From the NCBI GenBank assembly GCA_039818205.1, contig JBCBUK010000005.1, forward strand, positions 224,001-288,000: a stretch of 64,000 nucleotides of DNA, read 5' to 3'. This DNA is from Verrucomicrobiota bacterium (GTDB taxonomy: Bacteria; Verrucomicrobiota; Verrucomicrobiia; Opitutales; Cerasicoccaceae). Shown in pieces: positions 19,841 to 28,296 of the stretch. A program made the translations under genes and the position numbers. The notes under the pieces are model-generated. The model ran no database searches and was not told where the DNA came from. It saw only the letters and a program-made list of their open reading frames with translations. The stretch's first letter is position 1; each line of letters starts with the position of its first letter.

Positions 19841-20692
19841 TCACTCTTTAGTGGAGGTCGCGCAATGTGTTGGCGGGTGGCCAAATGTCTTCGTGTAGAA
19901 ACGTGTAAAATCATTGGCATGTTTGTATCCGAGCTTAAAAGCAACCGCCTTCACCGGATCTCCTTCCTCTAATAGCCGCCGGGCAGTGTCCGCTTTCAAG
20001 GATTGAAAAACGGTTAGCGGGCGCTGGCCACCATGCTTCAAAAAGATGCGCTGCAGCGTCGACTCCGAAACACCAAGGTAAACCGCAAGCTCCGAGACGG
20101 GTTGAACCGCGTGCAAATTCTGATGCATCCAATGCAGACCAATCTCATAGCGATTCTTGCGGTCGGCCTTCGAAGAACTTCCGACTCTCGACCGCACAAT
20201 GAAAACATCCAGGCTATGTCGCAGCCCCGTCAGAGCCGATGCAGTATAGTCGTCGAGAACGCCGATCTCATGGCGACAATCGCGGTGAAGTTTCTCCAAT
20301 ACCGGAAGTTGCCGTTGGTCCAACTTCCAAACCTTGTGCCCTCTCTGCTCGGGTTTCAGCTCAGCAATGGTTGGAGCTTCATTCCAAATCCAAACCAATA
20401 TCTTGCATTGAACTTTAGGTGCGTCCGACCAACCCATCGGACAAAGCTCATCAAAGATCGCAATCGACCCTTCGGGTATTTCTACCTCTGAGGCTTCAGT
20501 CACGACTTTCGGGCAACCCTCAAGCACAGCCGCATACACGAATCCAAAATTGTCTTGAGCACTGAGTGGACAATCACCGAACCGTCGTGCACCCCAACCG
20601 AGGTAAACAAGTGGAATCGATACCTTCGTTTCGGGAATCGTAAATCCGCGCCGCCCGGGCGGAGGCCGAAATTTTGAGGCAATTTGTTCCAT
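19841..20692 (-). CDS. AraC-family transcriptional regulator
   Basis: C-terminal double HTH: VSELAVYLGVSESTLQRIF...VKAVAFKLGYKHANDFTRFYTKTFGHPP. Confidence 0.9.
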   Translation of the reverse strand: MEQIASKFRPPPGRRGFTIPETKVSIPLVYLGWGARRFGDCPLSAQDNFGFVYAAVLEGCPKVVTEASEVEIPEGSIAIFDELCPMGWSDAPKVQCKILVWIWNEAPTIAELKPEQRGHKVWKLDQRQLPVLEKLHRDCRHEIGVLDDYTASALTGLRHSLDVFIVRSRVGSSSKADRKNRYEIGLHWMHQNLHAVQPVSELAVYLGVSESTLQRIFLKHGGQRPLTVFQSLKADTARRLLEEGDPVKAVAFKLGYKHANDFTRFYTKTFGHPPTHCATSTKE

Positions 20693-20773
20693 TCAAACTG
20701 AAAATTAGCAGATAATGGGTCGGCTCAAAAGCAAGAATACCTCCTGATGACAATACCGCTAATCCGCATCAAA

Positions 20774-22828
20774 TCAATCAACCACTGAAACCTGTGAATA
20801 GCGATCCTCCGCCTGATAGGGTTTCAATCCAAGCGCAATATCAATGATCTCCTGAGCACGCCGCAACCCATTCCCAGTTACGGCACCAATTGCAACTTGC
20901 TCTTGAAGAAATCCAAGGCTTGCTTGTCCGTCAGCAATGAACGCCCAGCGTGCTTGATCGATCTTACCAGCATCATCACCCACGAGGTCATTCCAACGCA
21001 TTTGGCGCTGATCAGGACCGAGCTCATTCACCCCACCCAACAAGGTCACGGAAAAATTATCAATACCCCATTCCCGACTCGGCTGGCCACCCATATAGAG
21101 CCGTAACGATTCCGTCGAATGAGGAACGATGATCGAAAAGCGGTACATCGCATCGGCCGAGAAATCATAGTCCCGCAACTCACAGTGGCGCAAATAGCCC
21201 AATGCTTGAGTTTCGCTGGCACCGCTACCGGCGATAAATTCCGAAGCTCCCGCAATTGAATCGGGAAAGTGCTGTTGATACTTGTCGATTCCATCCAACC
21301 CCACGGGCGAGATTTCCTCCGGTAGAAAAATGTTGTTAAACGAGGTATGCAACAGCGTCGGCCCACCATCAACCCAAAGCTTCCACTCCGAGGGACCGTA
21401 CTGTCCGTGACCGCCCCACGAACCCAAAATGAGCAAATCAAATTCGATCTTAATCGCTTGGTGGCTCTCCAAATCGGCCAGGTTTAATAATTGCCGATCA
21501 CTCGGCCAAAACGGCCCAAGGAATTGTCGCCTACCAGTCGGCGATTCAGAAACCCAACGACGCAACCACCACGGACCTGAGGTCCCGTTGTCAAAGTTTT
21601 CATTGATGAGAGCAACTGATTCCGGTGGTACGATCCCAGACGCAGCGGAAGCTATCTCAACATCACTTGGACCATGCCAGTAGGCCTCAGCGACAGCAAA
21701 CTGTCCGCCACGCCACGCAAGCAACACACCAAGCACCGCCAGAGGAACGAACAATGCGTAGGTCGGAAATCTCAATGGCGGAGAGTCAGCCTCGGCCAAA
21801 ATACGACTGACCCGGCCAAGCGTAGACTCACGCGCAGCAAGCCCAGACGCGGCGAGCACATGACCACCTTCCATACGTCGCTCTTCTATCTGCGCCAGAG
21901 CCTTTGCATACTGTATGCGGTCGGAACCGGATTGCGTCGCCAGGTCATCACAACAGTTTTCACGCTCTAATCGAACATGCCGATTGAGTAGCCAAACAGC
22001 GGGCTGAAAAAACAAAACAACTTCCGTTGTGACCTGCCAGAGATTAACCCAGTAATCATGGCGTTTTATGTGGGCAAGCTCGTGGGCGAGGATTCCCTCC
22101 AAACCTTCATCGTCCTCGTTCGACCAAAAGTTGTCTGCCGGAATCAACAAGGTCGAACGCAAGCCTCCGATCACCAACGGTGAATTGATCAAGGTGGAAC
22201 CCTTGACCTCAATCTCCTGGCCGATCCCCATTCGCTCCTTCAAACTGCCGATAACCGTATAAGCGCGGCGCGGCATCGGTGCGCCACTGCAGTTTGCGAG
22301 CTTCCGCGCCCACAGATATTGAGTCGCGACAAACACCAATCGCAAAATCATCCCCAAAAACGCGACAAGGCCGACCCAATAGGCCCATGGCGCCAGGGGC
22401 TGCGAACAATGATGCCAAACGAACTGATTAAACCGAGTCACAAAGGAGGTGGCCTCCGCACTCTCCGCAGCGACTACAACCGGATCAGATTCAACCAGTG
22501 TTTGACCGTCATTGACTTCGCCCGTCGATTGCGCGGCCGGTGGGGTACTAATTGCCGAGTTGCCAACAGGCACCGGCAGCTGGATCGGAATTGCACCGGG
22601 TTCGCGAATCGATAACTCGTAGTTGCGATAGCTCGATACCCACCAACCCAGGAAAGCCACCTGAAGAACTATAAGAAACGTTAGACCCAATGAGTAGCGT
22701 AACGACGCTTGGCGAAGATCAACCCACCGCAGCACGAGGAGCCCAATTGCTCCGAGCAAAAGCAGCGGCAGGAAGGACAACAAGATCGCCCAGCCCAGAG
22801 CAGCAAGTTGGTCATTAATGTTCATCAC
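20774..22828 (-). CDS. BlaR1-like M56 metallopeptidase/antirepressor with a non-penicillin-binding extracytoplasmic domain
   Basis: ILAHELAHIKRHDYWVN (HExxH), FFQPAVW and ERENCCDD. TM helices. Directly downstream of blaI. Confidence 0.88.
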   Translation of the reverse strand: MMNINDQLAALGWAILLSFLPLLLLGAIGLLVLRWVDLRQASLRYSLGLTFLIVLQVAFLGWWVSSYRNYELSIREPGAIPIQLPVPVGNSAISTPPAAQSTGEVNDGQTLVESDPVVVAAESAEATSFVTRFNQFVWHHCSQPLAPWAYWVGLVAFLGMILRLVFVATQYLWARKLANCSGAPMPRRAYTVIGSLKERMGIGQEIEVKGSTLINSPLVIGGLRSTLLIPADNFWSNEDDEGLEGILAHELAHIKRHDYWVNLWQVTTEVVLFFQPAVWLLNRHVRLERENCCDDLATQSGSDRIQYAKALAQIEERRMEGGHVLAASGLAARESTLGRVSRILAEADSPPLRFPTYALFVPLAVLGVLLAWRGGQFAVAEAYWHGPSDVEIASAASGIVPPESVALINENFDNGTSGPWWLRRWVSESPTGRRQFLGPFWPSDRQLLNLADLESHQAIKIEFDLLILGSWGGHGQYGPSEWKLWVDGGPTLLHTSFNNIFLPEEISPVGLDGIDKYQQHFPDSIAGASEFIAGSGASETQALGYLRHCELRDYDFSADAMYRFSIIVPHSTESLRLYMGGQPSREWGIDNFSVTLLGGVNELGPDQRQMRWNDLVGDDAGKIDQARWAFIADGQASLGFLQEQVAIGAVTGNGLRRAQEIIDIALGLKPYQAEDRYSQVSVVD

Positions 22829-22832
22829 ATCA

Positions 22833-23234
22833 TCAACCGTTGTGTCCGCGTTCGGATTCAGCTTGCTCGATCATCTTCTTGATCTCGGACAACTCATCAC
22901 TATCGATTTTCTTAGAATCTAATAGACTCATAACCACCTTCTGCGCACTGCCTTGAAACGCGCGATCAGTGATGTCCGCCAAAATCTGCTGACGAGTTAC
23001 ATCACGCGATTTAGCCGGACGGTAAAGCATCGGGTGAACTGAGTCGTCTCGAATCACTAAGCCCTTCTCCACCATGACACGCACCATTGTCTGAATGGTC
23101 GTGTAGCTCTTGGTTTCGGAATTGCTAATATTGTTTTGGATGATGCCCAAGGGACAAGGCGCGTGCTCCCAAAGTACTTCCAAAATATGTAGCTCAACTT
23201 CTGTAGGCTGTTGTGACGCTTTTCGAGGCATCAT
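22833..23234 (-). CDS. blaI: BlaI/MecI/CopY-family repressor
   Basis: PTEVELHILEVLWE...SYTTIQTMVRVMVEKGLV...FQGSAQKVVMSLL...ELSEIKKMI. Confidence 0.9.
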   Translation of the reverse strand: MMPRKASQQPTEVELHILEVLWEHAPCPLGIIQNNISNSETKSYTTIQTMVRVMVEKGLVIRDDSVHPMLYRPAKSRDVTRQQILADITDRAFQGSAQKVVMSLLDSKKIDSDELSEIKKMIEQAESERGHNG

Positions 23235-23405
23235 TTCAACCTACTGGATCAACTATCCAATGACCAGCTGAATTCGCATCTAATGTGTAAATTATTAGTC
23301 AATGAAACTCGACTTCCAACATGACTAAAAGTCGCTTTAACCTTTCATAATCAATAATTAATGAACCCAAATAGTAGTTCTAGATTTTCAATCGATTGCC
23401 GCTCA

Positions 23406-23443
23406 AACTATTTTCATAGTTGTCTTAACTAATAATTTAGTTA
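23406..23443. promoter_or_regulatory. Two tandem BlaI-type operators (ACTA-N6-TAGT)
   Basis: AACTA-ttttca-TAGTT (23406-23421) and TAACTA-ataatt-TAGTTA (23426-23443), with centres 21 bp apart. They lie between divergent blaI and the di-haem gene. Confidence 0.7.
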
Positions 23444-23578
23444 TTCATCGAACCATATTTTCTTGGCCACTGTATCATTCAGAAATCCATGGTGCCCAAG
23501 ATGCCTAAGCCTGAATATTATTCGATCCATTGATAGTTGGCGACGCTGTGTCGCCTTTTTAATCCGCTGAATTCTGCT

Positions 23579-26500
23579 ATGAAATCCTTCTCTAGCATTG
23601 TCCGTGTTTGCCTGTTGGCATCCACCTATCTAACCATTCATTCCTCCCTGACCGCTGCCGGGTTTGCCAATGTGCAACAAACGGAAGGCGCCTTGCTCAG
23701 CGGCATCATCGCTGAGAACCAGGGGCGAACCGCGCTCATTGCCTACCACAACGGCATCCTGTTCTCGATACCAGAGAGTCCGGGAAGCCGTTCGGGTTCA
23801 GACCTGCAGGTGCGAACCTGGAACATCTCCGATCCAACCAACCCACAGGAGCTTGCCCAGTGGGGCGTCACGCCGCAGCCAGGCAATGCCCATGGCTACA
23901 CCAAGAGCGGCGACTATCTGATCATCGGCCCGAACGGGTTCAACGTTGATCCCTGGTCATTCCGAGCCGACGGCGCACTCGGTTCAGGCCAACTAACTCG
24001 CACTCAGTTTCCATCCATCTCCGGATTTCTACCAGTCGGTGTTCGTGGCGGATTGATGTATCCATTCTATGTCCGCGAATACTGGAGCTATAGCGCTATT
24101 CCGGAAGGCGAAGCGGGCTACGCTGAATTGCGGCGGGGAACACCGTTCACGCAGGAGCCCCTGGCTTCATGGGACCATATCGGACTCACTGGCGTTATTG
24201 GCCACCCATTTGTGGTCGGCAACTTGTTGATCTATGCCTCAGACCAAAGCCGAACTGGCGTAGCCACCTATGACATCAGCGACTTGTCCAACCCGGTATT
24301 GCTTGATGTGCTTACGACTGGCGGGGCCGGTGGCTATTGGCCCGAACTTTGGGGTAGCGGCGATGGTAGCCTCTATGTTGTGTTTCCCTACCGTTCGGGG
24401 GGTAACGGTATGCGAGTCGTCGACGTCACCGATCCCAGCAATATCGAGTTCGTTACCGACATACCGCTCTCAGGGCAGGAGGCAATGTATTGTCAGTTCC
24501 AAGACGAGTTTGCATTCATCGGCAACCATAAGATCGACATGCGCACCTACCAATCCGTGCTCGACTTTCACGACCCAGCCAATGGAAACGGTGACACAAC
24601 CTACATCAACGTCAGCCAGTTTGCCCTGCCAATTGGAAACCTGCTTGTAACCGGTGGTGTTGATGCCTTTCAGGAAGGTGCTCAGGGGATGGCAATCTGG
24701 GCCCACCAAGCGGACCCCGATACCCGCGGCCCTTACGTAGCCTATCACATCCCGCGCAGTGGCGAAACCAACTACCCGCAATCAGCGTCCATCAGCTTGC
24801 TAATCCACGAAACCCTGGAAACACCCAGCATTGCCAATGGAACCTCGTTCATTGTTCGGCCCGTTGGCGGAGATGCGATATCCGGTATCCTTAGCTTCGC
24901 CTTTGACGACATACTAACATTCACCCCGGACTCGGACCTCCTTCCGAACACAACCTACGAAGTCATCCTGCCAGCAGGCGGTATCGAAGACGCCGCAGGC
25001 AATGGCATGGAAGAGTACTCGTTTACCTTCTCAACCGGAGACAACCTCTCGGGCAATCTTGCTCCGGTGATTAGCAGCTACACAAGTAATCAGTATCCAC
25101 TTGCGCCAGGCGTGACGGTGACCTTGTCAGCCACCGCTGCGGACCCCGAAGGCAGCGCAATCGAATACCGATTTGATTATGGAGACGGCTCTCCCAAGAC
25201 CGCATGGGGCAACTCCGCAAGCGTTGATGTATCTTACTCCGAGCCTGGGCACTACAAAACATCAGTCCAGGTCCGCGATACCGACGGTAGCATCAGCTCA
25301 GCGGTCCATACGGTAACGGTCGTCAACGCCCTACCCCAACCCCAACCCACCCACAGCACACCCATCCTTTGCGACGACAACACGGGATACGTCTGGACAG
25401 TAAACCCGGATAACAACACCGTAACCGCCGTTGATTCCGCTACCTTGCAAACGATCGTTGAGGCACCCGTTGGACGAGATCCACGCAGCATCGCATTGGC
25501 CTCTGATGGAAACATCTGGGTGACCTGCCACGACGACGATCAAATCGATATCCTTGCCGGAGACACCGGTCTGCTTATTCAAACCATACCGCTCGACTAT
25601 GGAAGCGCGCCGATGGGCATTGTCATGTCGCCCGATGGCAACACCGCCTTCGTCGCCCTCTATGGCAGCGGTGACGTCGTTCGTTTCAACGCGGTAACCC
25701 GCGTATCAACCGGATCAACGGTATTAGGTGACACACCGTTCGCACTCGCCGTGACGGCGGACGGAGGGAACGTCCTCGTTACTCGACTTGTTTCTCCGCA
25801 AAACCACGGTGAAGTTTGGGACGTAGACACGGGCACGATGACGCTCGCTCGCACCATCCAGTTGCCCAAGTTTGGTGGCGGTCCTGACTTTCCGGGCACA
25901 CCAAATCTCGATGGCACGGCGAGCGGCCGGGGCGTTCCAAACTACCTCGCGGGTATCATCATTACGCCTGACAACCAACGAGTTTGGATCTCTGGAACCA
26001 AAACAAACACCGAACGGGGGACACTCTTCACGCCGGACCTCGACCAGGACAATACGGTTCGAAATATCCTTTGCGCCGTCAACCTCGCCACCGGTCAGCT
26101 CTTAGACAATACCATCGACCTGGACAACAGCATCTCTGCAAAGGGAATGGCATACTCGCCCCTTGGCGATTACCTTCTGGTCACTCTAGAAGGTAACGAC
26201 GGTGTCCTCCTGTTCGATGCGCTCAAGTTTGATTCGACGACGGGCACTGGTGCTCTGCTATCGCGTCTCGATGTTGGTGCGGCTCCTCAAGGTGTATGTG
26301 TCGACCCAACGACAAATCGCATTTTTGTTAAAAACTTTATGGATCGCTCAATCACGGTGCTCGATGCCGACTCGTTCTTTCAAACCGGCGACAGCACCAT
26401 GACGACAACTACGGTCGGAACCGTTAGCAACGAGCAACTCGATCCGGAGATTCTCCTCGGAAAGCAAATCTTCTACAATGCTTCTGATGAGCGCATGAGT

Positions 26501-28084
26501 GCCGAAGGCTACATGACCTGTGCAACCTGTCACGTCGATGGCGGGCATGATGGCCGAACCTGGGACTTTACCGGCCGCGGTGAAGGCCTCCGCAATACCA
26601 CCTCATTGCGAGGCCGCGCGGGTATGGGCCATGGCAACGTCCACTGGACAGCAAACTTTGATGAGATTCAGGACTTTGAAAACGACATCCGGAACGGATT
26701 TGGCGGGGAGGGTTTCCTAACCAACAACCAGTTCAGCGCAACCAGCGACACTTTGGGCACGCCCAAGGCTGGGCTTAGCTCAGACCTCGACAGTCTGGCG
26801 GCCTATGTTGCCTCGCTACGCCAAGGCAGCGTGCCCCGTAGTCCACACCGGGACTCCGACGGCTCACTGACGACTCAAGGAGAAGCGGGCCGCGCACTAT
26901 TCAATAGCATGAACTGCGCCGACTGCCACACCGGGGCCTCCTTCACCAACAGCACCGCGCCATTGGCAAACTTGATGGATGTCGGGACGATTCGGACAAC
27001 CTCCGGCAATCGCCTTGGTCAAACTCTGAATGGATTGGACGTGCCCACCCTGCATGGCATCTGGGCAACCGCACCATACTTTCACGACGGTTCGGCACCG
27101 ACTCTGGAGGATGTCTTCTCGATGGCGGGTGGAACGGTAATTCCCGGAGAAACCGGTACGCTTGCTGGCAGCGCTAATATAGTCGCAGGAGGCGGAGTGG
27201 TAAATTCCAACGACGACTCCGCCCATGGTCGGGCATTTGCCAACCTGGAAACCAACGGAAGCGTAAGCTTCAACAATGTAGAGGTCGGCTCGGCAGGCAC
27301 GGGCGCAATCGAGATTCGCTATACGTTGAGCAATCCGCGAAATGTTCGCCTCACCGTCAATGGAGTCAACCACGAGGCTATCCTTCCTGCCACCGGGAAC
27401 TCACCCACATGGCGTCAAACGCACTGGCTAAACTATCGTTGGGAGAACATTAGCTTCAACGCAAACGACAACAACGACATCACAATTACGATGCTCGGCA
27501 ACTGGCCGCCCATTGGCATCGACAACCTCATCGTTTCCACTCCCGACGACCTCGCGCAAGCGCTACCTCACCGCCAAGTTCTTAGCCTAACCCCCAGCGA
27601 GCAAGCCGACCTAATGGCCTATCTGCGGCAACTCGATGGCCGCCCTGAGGATCCGGCAAATCCCAACGCAACCTTCGCGGACTGGATCAATGCCAACGAG
27701 CTCAACGGCATCGAAGCAGATCCAGCAAGCGATGGAGACCTGGACAACATTCTCTTGGCGGAAGAATACCTCTACGATCTCAATCCGTATACCTACTCCA
27801 GCAACCCGGTTCAGGGCGCAGGATTCGAAACGGACCAAAATGACGATCAGTTCTTCACCTTCCTGTATCGCCGAAACAGCAACGCCGGTAATGCCTCCTT
27901 TGTGTTTGAAACTTCAAGCGATCTGTCCATCTGGACAGCACCAACCTTCGATAGTGTGAATGCAATTCAGGAAGTCATCGACCCAGACATCGATGGCGAT
28001 GGTAGCGCCGAGCTCATACGTTATCGCATCCGACTGAACCCTGGCGAAACGCGACTCTTCGGACGGATCGAAACAGTCGAATAA
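23579..28084 (+). CDS. Giant secreted protein: LVIVD-like propeller, Ig-like, PKD, YVTN propeller, di-haem cytochrome c (CcP/MauG-like) with inserted CBM6/35-like module, and PVC-type C-terminal domain
   Basis: Signal peptide from the ATG at 23579. Haem motifs CATCH (26519-26533) and CADCH (26915-26929), with RNTTSLRG and VPTLHGIWATAPYFHDGSAPTLEDV. PKD motif YRFDYGDG. Propeller motifs VWTVNPDNNTVT and VGAAPQGV. Confidence 0.85.
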   Translation: MKSFSSIVRVCLLASTYLTIHSSLTAAGFANVQQTEGALLSGIIAENQGRTALIAYHNGILFSIPESPGSRSGSDLQVRTWNISDPTNPQELAQWGVTPQPGNAHGYTKSGDYLIIGPNGFNVDPWSFRADGALGSGQLTRTQFPSISGFLPVGVRGGLMYPFYVREYWSYSAIPEGEAGYAELRRGTPFTQEPLASWDHIGLTGVIGHPFVVGNLLIYASDQSRTGVATYDISDLSNPVLLDVLTTGGAGGYWPELWGSGDGSLYVVFPYRSGGNGMRVVDVTDPSNIEFVTDIPLSGQEAMYCQFQDEFAFIGNHKIDMRTYQSVLDFHDPANGNGDTTYINVSQFALPIGNLLVTGGVDAFQEGAQGMAIWAHQADPDTRGPYVAYHIPRSGETNYPQSASISLLIHETLETPSIANGTSFIVRPVGGDAISGILSFAFDDILTFTPDSDLLPNTTYEVILPAGGIEDAAGNGMEEYSFTFSTGDNLSGNLAPVISSYTSNQYPLAPGVTVTLSATAADPEGSAIEYRFDYGDGSPKTAWGNSASVDVSYSEPGHYKTSVQVRDTDGSISSAVHTVTVVNALPQPQPTHSTPILCDDNTGYVWTVNPDNNTVTAVDSATLQTIVEAPVGRDPRSIALASDGNIWVTCHDDDQIDILAGDTGLLIQTIPLDYGSAPMGIVMSPDGNTAFVALYGSGDVVRFNAVTRVSTGSTVLGDTPFALAVTADGGNVLVTRLVSPQNHGEVWDVDTGTMTLARTIQLPKFGGGPDFPGTPNLDGTASGRGVPNYLAGIIITPDNQRVWISGTKTNTERGTLFTPDLDQDNTVRNILCAVNLATGQLLDNTIDLDNSISAKGMAYSPLGDYLLVTLEGNDGVLLFDALKFDSTTGTGALLSRLDVGAAPQGVCVDPTTNRIFVKNFMDRSITVLDADSFFQTGDSTMTTTTVGTVSNEQLDPEILLGKQIFYNASDERMSAEGYMTCATCHVDGGHDGRTWDFTGRGEGLRNTTSLRGRAGMGHGNVHWTANFDEIQDFENDIRNGFGGEGFLTNNQFSATSDTLGTPKAGLSSDLDSLAAYVASLRQGSVPRSPHRDSDGSLTTQGEAGRALFNSMNCADCHTGASFTNSTAPLANLMDVGTIRTTSGNRLGQTLNGLDVPTLHGIWATAPYFHDGSAPTLEDVFSMAGGTVIPGETGTLAGSANIVAGGGVVNSNDDSAHGRAFANLETNGSVSFNNVEVGSAGTGAIEIRYTLSNPRNVRLTVNGVNHEAILPATGNSPTWRQTHWLNYRWENISFNANDNNDITITMLGNWPPIGIDNLIVSTPDDLAQALPHRQVLSLTPSEQADLMAYLRQLDGRPEDPANPNATFADWINANELNGIEADPASDGDLDNILLAEEYLYDLNPYTYSSNPVQGAGFETDQNDDQFFTFLYRRNSNAGNASFVFETSSDLSIWTAPTFDSVNAIQEVIDPDIDGDGSAELIRYRIRLNPGETRLFGRIETVE

Positions 28085-28222
28085 GGAAACGCTGGAAGAC
28101 TTCTACATCCACGGCATCAAGATCATGTGCACTCGACTCTCATAGCCAAAAAACGCCAGTCACTACTTACCGGTAACTAGCGCAAGCCCAATCGCAGTGG
28201 GTCTTGATGCCCTAGGGTTACA

Positions 28223-28261
28223 AGAGAAAAGGGCCGTGGAGCTAGGTGCGCTCCACGGCCC
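28223..28261 (-). terminator. Rho-independent terminator after the sulfatase gene
   Basis: GGGCCGTGGAGC(taggtgc)GCTCCACGGCCC is a 12-bp perfect stem, followed on the minus strand by TTTTCTCT. Confidence 0.8.
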
Positions 28262-28296
28262 GTAAACCGTTCAATAACCAATCGAACTTGAAAATC

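Noticed and set aside
20774..23234. Beta-lactam resistance locus
   Set aside because: The M56 protein lacks a penicillin-binding sensor domain and no beta-lactamase is adjacent.
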